45,472 bases of DNA from Alphaproteobacteria bacterium (lineage in GTDB: Bacteria; Pseudomonadota; Alphaproteobacteria; SHVP01): NCBI GenBank assembly GCA_029936875.1, contig JAPYRS010000005.1, positions 1 through 45,472 on the forward strand, written 5' to 3'. Of this stretch, positions 9,828 to 20,134 are shown piece after piece. The translations under genes were made by a program, and so were the position numbers. The notes beneath the pieces are model-generated. The model searched no databases and was not told the origin of the DNA. It saw nothing but the letters and a program-made list of their open reading frames with translations. How positions within the stretch are numbered: the first letter of the stretch is position 1; the number at the start of each line of letters is the position of its first letter.

Positions 9828-10862
9828 CTAGCCGATCATCCGCGCGAGAACTTTCGCGGTGTAGTCGACCATCGGAATGATGCGGGCATAATCGATCCGG
9901 CTTGGGCCGATGACACCGATCGCGCCGATGATGCGCTCTCGCGTATCAACATAGGGTGCAACGATTACGGAACAACCTGCGAGGCTGAAGGCATCGTCTT
10001 CGGCGCCAATATAGATTTGCACGCCGTCCGCATCACGGGTGAGGTCGAGCAGTTGCTTGAGGCCCTTTTTGGTTTCAAGAACGCTGAATAGCCCGCGAAT
10101 TCTTTCGAGGTCTTCGACCGCGTTCACATCCTCAAGAAGATTGGCGCGACCGCGAACAATCAGGGTCGAGCGATCTTCAGTGCCGGACCATGTTGCAAGC
10201 CCGGCTTCGATCACTTGCGAGGTCAGGCTGTCGAGTTCGGCGCGGTGGCGTTTTTCGTCGGCGGCGATTTCGTGATGCAGTTCCGACAGAGTCCGGTTCG
10301 CAATGCGCGCGTTGAGGTAGGTGTTTGCCTCGATCAGGGCAGCGGGCGTCCACCCGCTTTGGCCTTCAATCACCCGGTTTTCGACGCGGCCGTCATCGGT
10401 AACGATGATCACGAGCACGCGATCTTCGCTGAGGCCGACAAATTCGATCTGCCGCAGCCGGACATCTTCTTTCGGCGCGACAACAAGACCGGCACAGCGT
10501 GATAGGCCGGAAAGGCCCTCAATCGCTTCGGTCAGCATTTCTTCGACGGTCCGGCCCTGTCCTGCGCAATGGGCTTCGATCTGCTCACGCTCTTCATCAT
10601 TGATGTCGCCAATTTCGAGAAGACCATCGACAAAAAAGCGGAGGCCATTGGGCGTTGGTACACGGCCCGCCGACCTATGCGGTGAATATAAAAGGCCGCT
10701 GGTTTGAAGGTCAGCCATGACGCTGCGAATCGACGCCGGTGACAATTTCATGTCGAGCCGCTGCGACAGCAACTGCGAGCCGACCGGCGCGCCGGTCTCC
10801 ACGTAGGCTTCCACCAAAAGGCGGAAAACCTCGCGCGATCTATCGTTCAGCTTCTGGATCAT
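9828..10862 (-). CDS. hrcA: Heat-inducible transcriptional repressor HrcA
   Basis: LNDRSREVF...[50 protein letters not shown]. Confidence 0.97.
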   Translation of the reverse strand: MIQKLNDRSREVFRLLVEAYVETGAPVGSQLLSQRLDMKLSPASIRSVMADLQTSGLLYSPHRSAGRVPTPNGLRFFVDGLLEIGDINDEEREQIEAHCAGQGRTVEEMLTEAIEGLSGLSRCAGLVVAPKEDVRLRQIEFVGLSEDRVLVIIVTDDGRVENRVIEGQSGWTPAALIEANTYLNARIANRTLSELHHEIAADEKRHRAELDSLTSQVIEAGLATWSGTEDRSTLIVRGRANLLEDVNAVEDLERIRGLFSVLETKKGLKQLLDLTRDADGVQIYIGAEDDAFSLAGCSVIVAPYVDTRERIIGAIGVIGPSRIDYARIIPMVDYTAKVLARMIG

Positions 10863-10914
10863 GGTGACAGGGTTTTATTGCGGCCCGGCTATTAAGCCAA
10901 GGACCATCTCAACC

Positions 10915-10943
10915 AATCTAGGTATGGCCCGGGACCTCGTCAA
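10915..10943 (-). promoter_or_regulatory. Putative hrcA promoter (sigma70- or RpoH-like)
   Basis: Minus strand TTGACG-N17-TAGATT. The -10 region also reads CCTAGAT, which resembles an RpoH -10. Confidence 0.55.
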
Positions 10944-11040
10944 CGCGGGCAAAGCCCCGAATTGTGCCGGAATCGGTGGACGAAAGCGTGCCCAAGCGGT
11001 AGAAACCCGTCTTTCCCACACTCCAAATAAAGTGATCCGC

Positions 11041-11871
11041 ATGGCCAAAGCACCGAAAAACAAGAAGGCTCTCCAAAAGAAATCTGCTGTCAAGAAGAAG
11101 ACTTCTGGCTTCAGCCGTCCGTCTGGGCGGAAAGTCGATCAACTGCGGAAGGTGACCCTGACGCCGGGCGCCAGCAAATATGCGGAAGGGTCATGCCTCG
11201 CCAAATTTGGTGGTACGCACGTCTTGTGCACGGCCTCGGTCGAAGACCGGGTGCCGCCGTTTCTGCGCAATACCGGCAAGGGTTGGGTGACAGCGGAATA
11301 CGGCATGCTGCCGCGCTCGACCCACACGCGGTCGAACAGGGAAGCCGCGCGCGGCAAACAAAGTGGCCGCACCCAGGAAATTCAGCGTCTGATCGGGCGT
11401 TCGCTACGCGCCGTGATCGATCTCGAAGCCTTAGGCGAACGGCAAATTCGGATCGATTGCGATGTGCTGCAGGCCGACGGCGGCACGCGCACGGCAGCGA
11501 TAACCGGTTCGTTTATCGCGCTTTATCAGGCGCTGCAGGGGTTGGTGAAATCGGGCGATTTGAAGTCGGTGCCGATGACCGATCAGGTCGCCGCCATTTC
11601 GTGCGGCATCTATAACGGCAAGGCGGTTCTCGATCTTGATTACGCTGAGGATTCAAATGCCCAAGCCGACGCCAATTTTGTTCTGACCGCCGCTGGCGAG
11701 ATTGTCGAAATTCAAGGCACCGCCGAACAACGCCCGTTCAGCGAGGCGCAGTTCAACGCGATGCTGAAGTTCGCCAAAGCCGGGGTTAAAGATCTCGCCA
11801 AGGCGCAACTGAAAGCCCTAAAAATCAGCGCGGGGAAAATAAGCGCGGGAAAAATCAAGAAAGCGCGTTAA
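11041..11871 (+). CDS. rph: Ribonuclease PH with Lys-rich N- and C-terminal extensions
   Basis: [70 protein letters not shown]. Start set at ATG 11041. Confidence 0.97.
   Translation: MAKAPKNKKALQKKSAVKKKTSGFSRPSGRKVDQLRKVTLTPGASKYAEGSCLAKFGGTHVLCTASVEDRVPPFLRNTGKGWVTAEYGMLPRSTHTRSNREAARGKQSGRTQEIQRLIGRSLRAVIDLEALGERQIRIDCDVLQADGGTRTAAITGSFIALYQALQGLVKSGDLKSVPMTDQVAAISCGIYNGKAVLDLDYAEDSNAQADANFVLTAAGEIVEIQGTAEQRPFSEAQFNAMLKFAKAGVKDLAKAQLKALKISAGKISAGKIKKAR
11821..11859 (+). repeat. 15-bp in-frame tandem repeat in the rph 3' end ([13 protein letters not shown])
   Basis: aaaatcagcgcgggg / aaaataagcgcggga / aaaatcaag. Confidence 0.75.
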
Positions 11872-12509
11872 TGGCGCGTACGTTTCGCGAAAAAAAGCTG
11901 GTTGTCGCCAGCCACAATCCGGGCAAGGTGCGAGAGATCGCCGAGCTGTTGTCTGGATTTGATTTCGAAGTCGTTTCCGCAAAAGACCTCGGCCTGCCGG
12001 AACCAGAAGAGACCGGGGCCACCTTCGATGCCAACGCCCGCCTGAAAGCCTTGGCGGCGACCGAGGCATCCGGCCTGCCGGCCCTTGCCGATGATTCAGG
12101 TCTGGTCGTGCCCGCCCTTGGCGGCGACCCCGGAATATATTCGGCGCGCTGGGCCGGGCCGGACAAAGATTTCGATGTCGCCATAGCCAAAGTGGAGGCC
12201 GCACTTCAGGCCCAAATTGGGCAGGCAAGGAGCACCGGCCCCGACCAGAGCGAGACCGATGACCGCAGCGCCTATTTTGTCGCGGTCCTCGCGATCTGCT
12301 GGCCCGATCAACATATCGAATCGGTTGAAGGCCGGGCTTATGGCAGACTGGTCTCGCCGCCCCGAGGTGATCACGGTTTTGGTTACGATCCGATATTTGT
12401 GCCCAACGGCCACGATCTGACATTTGGCGAAATGGAATCGAACGATAAACATGCCATCAGCCACCGTGCCCACGCCTTCCGGCAACTTGTCGAAAACTGC
12501 TTCAGCTGA
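11871..12509 (+). CDS. rdgB: RdgB/HAM1 non-canonical purine NTP pyrophosphatase
   Basis: [57 protein letters not shown] overlap with rph. Confidence 0.96.
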   Translation: MARTFREKKLVVASHNPGKVREIAELLSGFDFEVVSAKDLGLPEPEETGATFDANARLKALAATEASGLPALADDSGLVVPALGGDPGIYSARWAGPDKDFDVAIAKVEAALQAQIGQARSTGPDQSETDDRSAYFVAVLAICWPDQHIESVEGRAYGRLVSPPRGDHGFGYDPIFVPNGHDLTFGEMESNDKHAISHRAHAFRQLVENCFS

Positions 12510-13707
12510 TTCGCGCGGCGATCAAAGCGCGCGCGGATTTGGGCTTTACGTTCACTGGCCGTTCTGTGTTTCGAAATGCCCGTACTGTGATTTCAACAGT
12601 CATGTGCGGGACACCGTCGATGAAGATCGTTGGTGCGCGGCGCTGGTGGAATCCGTGCGCGATGCGGCGAGCGTTGAGACGGAAGCAAAAATACTTTCGA
12701 GTATTTTCTTCGGCGGCGGCACGCCGTCACTGATGGCGCCGGAAACAGTTGCGTCCATATTGAATGCGGCCGAACGGCATTTTGGTTTCGCGCCCGACAT
12801 TGAAATTACCCTCGAAGCCAATCCCAATTCGGTTGAGGCCGAAAAGTTTCAGGATTACCGCGAAGCCGGAATCAATCGGTTATCGCTTGGGGTGCAGGCG
12901 CTCAATGATGAAGCGCTCGCATTTTTGGGTCGCGCGCATTCGGCCAAAGAAGCGCTAAACGCAATCGAGACGGCGCAGAAAATTTTTGCGCGCTCGTCGT
13001 TTGATCTGATTTATGCCCGGCCCGGCCAAACATTGAATGCCTGGGGAAGCGAACTTGGAAAAGCGCTTAATCTCGCAAACGGCCGTCACCTGTCGCTTTA
13101 CCAGCTCACCATCGAGCGCGGCACGCGGTTCTTTGAAGCCGTGAACCGGGGCGACTTTCAGGTGGCCGACGAGGATCTCGGTGCCGATCTTTATGATCTC
13201 ACACAGAATATGTGCGCCGCCGCCGGGCTTCCGGCTTACGAAATATCGAACCACGCCGGTCCCGACGATGCGTCCCGTCACAACCTCACCTACTGGCGTT
13301 ACGGCGAATATGTCGGTGTTGGACCGGGCGCGCATGGTCGCCGCCGCGAAGCGGGCGAGGTGTTTGCAACGGCGGAAGTGCGCAGCCCGGAGCGGTGGCT
13401 CGCGCAAATCGAACAGGACGGCAACGGACTCGCGGAAAAAACGCGGGTCTCGCGTGCGGCGCAGATCGAAGAAATTCTGATGATGGGTCTTCGCTTAAGC
13501 GATGGCATTCGCGCCGCGGATTTTGTTGAACTGACGAATATGACGCTTGAGAATGCCTTCGCCGCCGAAACGATCGCGCATCTCACCGAACAAAACCTGC
13601 TTGCACTAGACGACGCGGGCATGCGGGCGACACCTTCCGGGCGTCTTGTTCTCAATTCGCTGATCGCCAGTGTGGCGGAGGCGATGACACCTAACGAGGC
13701 ACCGTGA
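12487..13707 (+). CDS. hemW: Radical SAM heme chaperone HemW (HemN-like)
   Basis: [41 protein letters not shown], in the rph-rdgB-hemW synteny. Start uncertain; in-frame TTG at 12487 chosen. Confidence 0.93.
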   Translation: MSKTASADSRGDQSARGFGLYVHWPFCVSKCPYCDFNSHVRDTVDEDRWCAALVESVRDAASVETEAKILSSIFFGGGTPSLMAPETVASILNAAERHFGFAPDIEITLEANPNSVEAEKFQDYREAGINRLSLGVQALNDEALAFLGRAHSAKEALNAIETAQKIFARSSFDLIYARPGQTLNAWGSELGKALNLANGRHLSLYQLTIERGTRFFEAVNRGDFQVADEDLGADLYDLTQNMCAAAGLPAYEISNHAGPDDASRHNLTYWRYGEYVGVGPGAHGRRREAGEVFATAEVRSPERWLAQIEQDGNGLAEKTRVSRAAQIEEILMMGLRLSDGIRAADFVELTNMTLENAFAAETIAHLTEQNLLALDDAGMRATPSGRLVLNSLIASVAEAMTPNEAP

Positions 13708-13790
13708 ACCGTATGTTCACGAGATCATTAAGGTGAACCGTTAATTCACAAGATCACTAAAGTGAACCGCTAATTCACGAGATCATTGAA
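13704..13790. repeat. Three 29-bp tandem direct repeats spanning the convergent hemW and lpoA-like stop codons
   Basis: gtgaaccgtatgttcacgagatcattaag (13704-13732), gtgaaccgttaattcacaagatcactaaa (13733-13761), gtgaaccgctaattcacgagatcattgaa (13762-13790). No spacers. Confidence 0.9.
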
Positions 13791-15287
13791 GTCCTGGGGC
13801 GCGCGACTGATCACCCGCATTTCCCGCTCGCGAATTTCAAGGATGGCGTAACCCCGTTCTGCGGTGCCGTCGGCGACAAACCGGAAGATGCCATCGACCC
13901 CGGCAAATCCACCTTGGTTCATCAGCATTGCCGCCGAATAATCGGGCTTGGCATCACCGCGGGCAAGCGCGGCGGCAAGTGCGGTCGCGTCATAGGCGAG
14001 GCTCGCAATGCGCGGCGGGGCAGAACCGAACAAGGTTTCATAGCGGGTTCGAAAACTTGCGCCGTTGGCCGGATCAGGCCCGGCAAACCAGCCGCCGACC
14101 AGCGCCGGTTCGCGGCCGATGGTTGCGTCATCCCACAACAGCGTGCCGAGAAACCGGACCTTGTTCGGATCGATATCGTAAAACGGCAATAGCAGCGCAA
14201 TTGCCCGAAGCCGGATGCCGCCTTCGGGAATAAGCACGGCATCAAATCCGGCCTCGCCCAACGTCTCCAACCCTTCCAGGCGGGCCAACGTGCGGCGGGA
14301 AATTTCGTCGTTGCGCTCTTCCAGCTGCGCCCGCGTCGCGCGCAGTTCACCGCGTCGGCGGTCGTAGGACGCAAGTGACTTTACCGGATCGAAGAAATCT
14401 TCTGCGCTCGTAACGTACCGTTCGAGTCGCACGACGGAACCACCGGCGTTGGCAACACTAATTTCCAGCGCGTTTTCGACGGCGCGTCCGTAAGGCGTCC
14501 CCGGGATCAACGCGGCAAAGCGACGAAGGCCTTGCGAGGTCGCAAAATGAACCACCCGCGCAATCTGCGCTTCGGGCATAAAGCCCATCAGGTAGACACC
14601 GTCTCCGGCAACGATGCGGTCGTTTGAAAAAGCGATGACGCTAACGCCGTGTTCCTTGGCGATCAGGGCGGTGGCCTCAACCGACCCGGAAAAAAGCGGC
14701 CCGAGCACAAGGTCTGCACCGTCCTGCAACGCGCTTTCCATGGCCAGCGCGGCGCCTTCCGGGGTGCCGCCGGTGTCTTTCGGGTAGAGCCGCAGCCGGT
14801 CCGTTCCAACATCGAACAATGCCATTTCGGCCGCGTTCAAAAGCGCGCGTCCAATTGGGGCGGCCCGTCCGCTTAGCGGCAAAAGAATGGCAATCACGAC
14901 TGGTGCCGGCTCCATCGCTTCGGGTGCGGTGAGTTTGGGCGCCTCTGGCGGCGCGGGTATCAGGAGCTGTTCGGCGAAAGCCTGGTCCGGCGGCGGTGCG
15001 GGCGTGGCGATCGGTTCGGGCGCCTCGGTGACAGCAACTTCACTCGGCGCGGCGGGATCGGCAATCGGCGCTGCCGATGCAGCACCATCTTCATCTTCAT
15101 TATCCGCTTCATCTTCATTATCCGCCGTCCCGTCACTCGCCGAATCTTCTTTGGCGGCCTGATTGGAATCGACCACTAGAAATGGCGAATTGCCCGTGCT
15201 TAGGTTCGGATCAACGCAGGCAGCAGTCATCAGCCCCAGAATGAAGAGCCATGACAAAGCGGAACGTCGCTTCAGATTCGAAATCAT
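13770..15287 (-). CDS. Penicillin-binding protein activator (LpoA/LppC-like) lipoprotein, periplasmic-binding-protein fold
   Basis: Signal peptide with lipobox TAAC, acidic/Pro linker, IAILLPLSG, NAAEMAL, DTGGT, LGPLFS, LAYDA, GF.GVDGIFRF. Divergent from rsmI. Start set at ATG 15287. Confidence 0.88.
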   Translation of the reverse strand: MISNLKRRSALSWLFILGLMTAACVDPNLSTGNSPFLVVDSNQAAKEDSASDGTADNEDEADNEDEDGAASAAPIADPAAPSEVAVTEAPEPIATPAPPPDQAFAEQLLIPAPPEAPKLTAPEAMEPAPVVIAILLPLSGRAAPIGRALLNAAEMALFDVGTDRLRLYPKDTGGTPEGAALAMESALQDGADLVLGPLFSGSVEATALIAKEHGVSVIAFSNDRIVAGDGVYLMGFMPEAQIARVVHFATSQGLRRFAALIPGTPYGRAVENALEISVANAGGSVVRLERYVTSAEDFFDPVKSLASYDRRRGELRATRAQLEERNDEISRRTLARLEGLETLGEAGFDAVLIPEGGIRLRAIALLLPFYDIDPNKVRFLGTLLWDDATIGREPALVGGWFAGPDPANGASFRTRYETLFGSAPPRIASLAYDATALAAALARGDAKPDYSAAMLMNQGGFAGVDGIFRFVADGTAERGYAILEIREREMRVISRAPQDFNDLVN

Positions 15288-15298
15288 TGGGATCGACT

Positions 15299-16249
15299 GT
15301 GGAATCGGGATCGGGTTCGGCACGGAAAAGATATGCGCGTGCCTCGCGTAATCGTCAGGTTCAGCATAGGGACGCGCCTCGGCCAAGTAAAACGTCGACC
15401 AGCGATGATCCGCTCGCGCCGGGGCTTTATGTAACGGGAACGCCAATTGGAAATCTCGGCGATCTTTCGTTCCGCGCATTGGAGGTGCTCGGCGGTGTCG
15501 ATGTGATTGCGGCGGAGGATACGCGGACGACCAAACGGCTGCTTGGCCGCTACGGTCTTTCCACGCGGTTGATTTCCTATCACGACCACAATGCCTCCAC
15601 GGTTCGGCCTCGGATCATTCAGCGCCTGAAAAAAGGCGAGACTGTGGCGCTGGTTTCGGACGCCGGCATGCCGTTGATTTCTGATCCGGGGTTCAAACTT
15701 GTTGCCGCCGTGAAAGAGCAAGGGATTCCAGTTCACAGCGTGCCGGGCCCGTCTGCGGTGATCGCGGCGCTTTCGGTGGCGGGGTTAGCCACCGATCGGT
15801 TCCTATTTTTGGGCTTCCTGCCAACCAAGGCGGCTGAGCGGCGGCGCGTTTTGGCGGAAGCCGGAAAGGTAAAGGCGACCTTGGTGATTTTCGAATCGGC
15901 AAAGCGTCTGCCGCAATCGCTTTCCCAGATGGCCGAGCTAATGGTGGGCCGCGAGGCCGCAATCTGCCGGGAGCTGACCAAAAAATTTGAAGAAGTCCGG
16001 CGCGGGACACTTGAAGAGCTGGCCGCACATTACGGCGACGCCGGATCGCCAAAAGGCGAAATCGTCATTGTTATTGAGCCAGGAGACGGCGCAGCCCGAG
16101 CGCTGAGCGCCGACGAACTCGACGACCGCATTCGGGAGGCGCTGCAGGATCTCAGCCCGAGCCGCGCAGCTGCGCGCGTGGCGTTAGAGACCGGCATTTC
16201 GAAACGCGAGGTCTACGCCCGCGTCATTGTTTTAGCAGAGCAAGCGTGA
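15299..16249 (+). CDS. rsmI: 16S rRNA (cytidine1402-2'-O)-methyltransferase
   Basis: GLYV.GTPIGNLGD, AEDTR, LVSDAGMPLISDPG, VPGPSA, FLGFLP, RELTKKFEE, KGEIV. Start uncertain (ATG 15251, TTG 15287 or GTG 15299). Confidence 0.95.
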   Translation: MESGSGSARKRYARASRNRQVQHRDAPRPSKTSTSDDPLAPGLYVTGTPIGNLGDLSFRALEVLGGVDVIAAEDTRTTKRLLGRYGLSTRLISYHDHNASTVRPRIIQRLKKGETVALVSDAGMPLISDPGFKLVAAVKEQGIPVHSVPGPSAVIAALSVAGLATDRFLFLGFLPTKAAERRRVLAEAGKVKATLVIFESAKRLPQSLSQMAELMVGREAAICRELTKKFEEVRRGTLEELAAHYGDAGSPKGEIVIVIEPGDGAARALSADELDDRIREALQDLSPSRAAARVALETGISKREVYARVIVLAEQA

Positions 16250-16623
16250 CGCCGAAATTTGATCCGGCCAGACAACGCGCAGAGCGGACCGGCAGGCGCG
16301 CCGAATCGCTCGCCGTATTCCTGCTGCGGATCAAGGGCTACAGAATATTGGCGCGGCGCTACCGCGGTCCCGGCGGTGAAATCGATATTGTCGCGCAGCG
16401 CGGCAAAACTCTGGTTTTTGTTGAAGTGAAAGCGCGGGCAAGTCGCGCCGCCGCACCTGGGTCTCTTAGTGTCAGGCAGCGGGACCGGATCATCAATGCG
16501 GCGCAGGCGTTTATCGCCGGGCGGGCCGATCTTGCTCAATTGGGGCAACGGTTTGATCTGGTGATCGCGGTGCCGGGCCGCCTGCCGCATCATTTGAAAA
16601 ATGCATGGACCCAAACAACGTGA
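16246..16623 (+). CDS. yraN: YraN family (UPF0102) putative endonuclease
   Basis: G..AE..A..LL..KGY.IL, GEIDIV, LVFVEVKAR, RFD, H..NAW. GTGA overlap with rsmI. Confidence 0.92.
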   Translation: MTPKFDPARQRAERTGRRAESLAVFLLRIKGYRILARRYRGPGGEIDIVAQRGKTLVFVEVKARASRAAAPGSLSVRQRDRIINAAQAFIAGRADLAQLGQRFDLVIAVPGRLPHHLKNAWTQTT

Positions 16624-16733
16624 GCGGATTTCCATGCACCGCCGTGAACTCCCTTAAATCGTGTGTTAGGATTCGCGACGATCTTGCGGGCCGATACCGC
16701 CAAGTGATCGACACCAAATGAGGAAATGACGAC

Positions 16734-17336
16734 ATGACAGACGTCCGACGCAATCCCGTTGCCATTCTGATCGTCGTACTCGCCTTGTTTGGTCTGACAG
16801 GATGCGGGAGCGCGATTATCGGTGGCGCCGCGACGGTTGGTGTTGCGGTCGCGCAGGAACGAACGATCGGGTCAGCGGTCGACGACGCGGCAATCCGAAT
16901 TCAGATCAGGGACCGCCTGCTGGATGAGAGTGACTTTTTGTTTGGTGCCGTCGGTATTGAATCAATCGAGGGAAGAGTCTTGTTGTCGGGGAATGTTCCG
17001 ACCGCCGACGACCGCGTCGAAGTCGCGCGGATGGCATGGCAGGTTGCTGGTGTTCGTGAGGTCTACAACGAGATCGAAATCCACGAACGCGGCACCATTG
17101 GCGATTATCTCAAAGACCTCGCAATCTCCAGCCAGCTCCGCTTTAAGATGCTGGCCGATAAAGAAATCGTTTCGATCAACTTCACACTGGAGACGGTCAA
17201 CGGCGTCGTCTTTCTGATGGGCATCGCGCAAAGCCAGGAAGAACTTGACCGCGTCACCGGCCACGCCCGTACCATTTCCAATGCCGTACGGGTCGTGAGT
17301 TATGTCGTTCTCAAGGATGACCCGGAACGCAAGTAA
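16734..17336 (+). CDS. Dual BON-domain lipoprotein (DolP/YraP-like)
   Basis: Lipobox LTGC, ERTIG..VDD..I, EGRVLLSG, GV.EVYNEI, ETVNGVVFLMG. GAGG RBS upstream. Confidence 0.9.
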   Translation: MTDVRRNPVAILIVVLALFGLTGCGSAIIGGAATVGVAVAQERTIGSAVDDAAIRIQIRDRLLDESDFLFGAVGIESIEGRVLLSGNVPTADDRVEVARMAWQVAGVREVYNEIEIHERGTIGDYLKDLAISSQLRFKMLADKEIVSINFTLETVNGVVFLMGIAQSQEELDRVTGHARTISNAVRVVSYVVLKDDPERK

Positions 17337-17368
17337 AAAGAACCGCGCCGGCCTGACCCGGCCGTACC

Positions 17369-18193
17369 ATGTCTGACAAAAACGAGATAGAAGAGCAGAT
17401 CGCGGCGCTCGCGGAACGCGACGACGACGAGATTGATGTCGGCGAAAGTGCATTGTTGCTCGCCGCGCTCGACCGGCCCGGCGTCTCGCTCGACCGTTAC
17501 CGCGACCACCTGGGCGCACTCAGCGAAGCGCTTGCCGCCTATGTGAAAAGCAATGATGCCTCGAAAGCGGCGGCGCTTCACGCCGTGATCGGCGGCGAAT
17601 TCGGATATGAGGGTGACACCCTCACCTACGACGACATGCAGAATGCAAACCTGATGCGGGTCATTGACCGGCGTAAGGGATTGCCGGTCGCACTCGGCAT
17701 TCTCTTTATTGCAGGGGGTGAAAAAACGGGCTGGCAGATCACGGGATTGGGTTTTCCCTATTACTTTTTGGTCCGTGTTGATGACGGCGCGAGGCGTCAG
17801 GTGCTGGACCCGTTCAAAGGGGGAATTGCCATCGAAACGGCAGAAATGAGGCAGATTATCGGCCGCATGTCGGGCGGAAAAACCGAGCTCAAACCTGAGT
17901 TCTATGCGCCGGTTCCAAAACGGGAAGTGTTGATACGGCTTCAGAACAACATCAAAACCCGCGCCTTTCAGGCCCGGGAATTTGGGCGCGGCGCCGAAAT
18001 TCTCTACCGCATGCTTTCGTTTGCCCCTAGATATATGTCGTTGTGGCGAGAGGTGGCGCAGGTTGAGGGGCAACGCGGTAACCTCAACGATGCGCTCGCG
18101 GCCGCCGAGCGTTATCTTGCGCTCACCGATAACGAAGCCCAACGTCAGGATGCAGCGGCGCTGATCCAGCGCCTAAGGGAGAAACGCAACTAA
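17369..18193 (+). CDS. SirB1/YchA-like transglutaminase-core + TPR protein
   Basis: GY.GD...[39 protein letters not shown], and C-terminal TPR-like helices. Confidence 0.85.
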   Translation: MSDKNEIEEQIAALAERDDDEIDVGESALLLAALDRPGVSLDRYRDHLGALSEALAAYVKSNDASKAAALHAVIGGEFGYEGDTLTYDDMQNANLMRVIDRRKGLPVALGILFIAGGEKTGWQITGLGFPYYFLVRVDDGARRQVLDPFKGGIAIETAEMRQIIGRMSGGKTELKPEFYAPVPKREVLIRLQNNIKTRAFQAREFGRGAEILYRMLSFAPRYMSLWREVAQVEGQRGNLNDALAAAERYLALTDNEAQRQDAAALIQRLREKRN

Positions 18194-18194
18194 T

Positions 18195-19160
18195 ATGAGT
18201 CTCGCTGTCGCCATTCAAATGGACCCGATCGAGGGGATCGACATTGCCGCCGATTCAACCTTCGTTCTTGCGCTGGAAGCGCAGAACCGGGGCCACGGCC
18301 TTTATCACTATCAACCGCGCGACCTTTCGTTTCGGGACGGCCGTGTTTGTGCACGGGCGCGGCCGCTTGCGGTTCGTCGTGACGTTGGCAATCACTTTAC
18401 GTTTGGTGCCCCCGAAATGATCGACCTCGCGACAATGGACATCGTGTTGATGCGCCAGGACCCGCCCTTCGACATGGCCTATATCACCGCGACACATCTG
18501 CTTGAACATATTCATCCCGAGACACTGGTGGTGAACGACCCGGTCCAAGTACGCAACGCGCCGGAGAAACTGTTTGTCACTCACTTTGCCGATGTCATGC
18601 CGCCGACATTAATTTCGGCCGATCCGGTTGAGATCAAAAGTTTTCGCGACAAACACAAAGACATCGTTGTGAAGCCGCTTTATGGCAATGGCGGCGCCGG
18701 GGTATTTCATATTACGCCCGGCGATGAAAACCTGAATTCACTGCTCGAGATGTTCGCCGGCTTGAACAACGAGCCTCTGGTCGTGCAGCGCTTTTTGCCC
18801 GAAGTGCGCCAAGGCGACAAACGCATTATCCTGATTGACGGCAAACCGGCCGGCGCGATCAACCGCGTGCCGCCACCGGGGGAATCCCGATCCAACATGC
18901 ATGTCGGCGGGCGTCCGGAAAAGGCGACCCTCACGACCCGCGAACGCGAAATCTGCGAGGCGATCGGTCCGGCGTTGAAACGGCGCGGACTTATTTTTGT
19001 TGGCATCGACGTGATCGGCGATTACCTGACCGAAATAAATGTCACCTCGCCCACCGGCCTTCAGGAAGTAAACGGCTATGACGGCATCAATCTCGAAGTC
19101 GATATCTGGAATGCGATCGAAGAACGCTACGCCGAGGATCACGCCGCCCATGCGGTGTAA
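18195..19160 (+). CDS. gshB: Glutathione synthase
   Basis: [66 protein letters not shown]. Confidence 0.97.
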   Translation: MSLAVAIQMDPIEGIDIAADSTFVLALEAQNRGHGLYHYQPRDLSFRDGRVCARARPLAVRRDVGNHFTFGAPEMIDLATMDIVLMRQDPPFDMAYITATHLLEHIHPETLVVNDPVQVRNAPEKLFVTHFADVMPPTLISADPVEIKSFRDKHKDIVVKPLYGNGGAGVFHITPGDENLNSLLEMFAGLNNEPLVVQRFLPEVRQGDKRIILIDGKPAGAINRVPPPGESRSNMHVGGRPEKATLTTREREICEAIGPALKRRGLIFVGIDVIGDYLTEINVTSPTGLQEVNGYDGINLEVDIWNAIEERYAEDHAAHAV

Positions 19161-19181
19161 CTTTCGCCCGAGGATATTCTT

Positions 19182-19646
19182 ATGAGTGAGGTTCTGATAA
19201 CGCTGCACATCTTGGCGGCGGTGATATGGGTCGGCGGCATGTTTTTCGCCTATATAGCGCTTCGCCCCGCAGCTGGAGAACTGGATCCACCAATCCGGAC
19301 GTCGCTCCACGGTTCGATTTTTGCGCGATTTTTTCCATGGGTCTGGGCCGCAATCATCATCTTGCCGGTCACCGGCTATTTGATCACAACTTCGGAATTT
19401 GGCAGCTTTTTCGGCGGCGCCGGGGCTTGGCATGTGCACACGATGCAGCTCCTTGGCGGGCTCATGATCCTGCTGTTTCTGCACCTTTATTTCGCGCCTT
19501 ATAAGCGTATGAAAAAGGCGCTTGCGGTCGGTGATACGCCCGCGGCCGGAGCGGCCCTGGCAAAAATTCGGCGGACCATCGGCATTAACCTGATCCTCGG
19601 GTTGGTTGTCGTCATCGTTGCCACGTATGGTCGGGGCATTATCTAG
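19182..19646 (+). CDS. CopD-like / DUF2269-like 4-TM membrane protein
   Basis: LHILAAVIWVGGMFF...LRPA, FFPWVW...LP.TG, H.M...G..M, L.KIR.....NL.LG. GAGG RBS upstream. Confidence 0.8.
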   Translation: MSEVLITLHILAAVIWVGGMFFAYIALRPAAGELDPPIRTSLHGSIFARFFPWVWAAIIILPVTGYLITTSEFGSFFGGAGAWHVHTMQLLGGLMILLFLHLYFAPYKRMKKALAVGDTPAAGAALAKIRRTIGINLILGLVVVIVATYGRGII

Positions 19647-19657
19647 GAGCTCTTTCA

Positions 19658-20125
19658 ATGGGACGGACCGCTGCCGCAGTTGGCGCCGGGGTATTTTCGT
19701 TGGGTTTTCTGATCGGCGCGGCCGATGGCGCCAAAGCGGCAGACATAACGATTGCCGTGATAAACGTAAAAAATGATTCTGGCTCGGTGCGCCTTGCGCT
19801 CTATAGCGATCCCGAGAAATTTCCAAAGAAAGAGGGCGTTATAGCGCGCTCTTTCGCGCCGGCCGTGATCGGTGAAACCATTGTCACGTTCGCAAATGTT
19901 GAACCCGGCACCTACGCGATTATCGGATATCACGACGAAGATGATGACGAAACGTTTGATACTTTCCTGCGCATCCCGCGGGAAGATTTTGGATTTTCAA
20001 ATGATGCCGTGATTAGTCGAAAAGGTGTCAAGTTTGAGGACGTGTCGTTTGTTCTTGAAGCGAGCGGCGCCCACATTACATTCTCCGTGAAAAGTATTGG
20101 CGAGCACGCCGAAGGAATTGAGTAG
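19658..20125 (+). CDS. DUF2141 family exported protein
   Basis: Signal peptide ending AKA, then G.VRLALY, F..V.PGTYAI..YHDED, IPRE.FGFSN. GGAG RBS upstream. Confidence 0.88.
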   Translation: MGRTAAAVGAGVFSLGFLIGAADGAKAADITIAVINVKNDSGSVRLALYSDPEKFPKKEGVIARSFAPAVIGETIVTFANVEPGTYAIIGYHDEDDDETFDTFLRIPREDFGFSNDAVISRKGVKFEDVSFVLEASGAHITFSVKSIGEHAEGIE

Positions 20126-20134
20126 TGCGCCGCC

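Noticed and set aside
13704-13720. GAAC-N5-GTTC as a LexA/SOS box
   Set aside because: The alphaproteobacterial box is the direct repeat GTTC-N7-GTTC and the Gram-positive box is GAAC-N4-GTTC. The site also lies between convergent gene ends, not in a promoter.
13704-13790. 29-bp palindromic repeats as a mini CRISPR array
   Set aside because: The units are directly adjacent with no spacers, one unit is coding sequence, and there are no cas genes in the window.
18738-19826. 362-aa minus-strand ORF
   Set aside because: It lies antisense across gshB, the CopD-like gene and DUF2141, and has no protein-like motifs.
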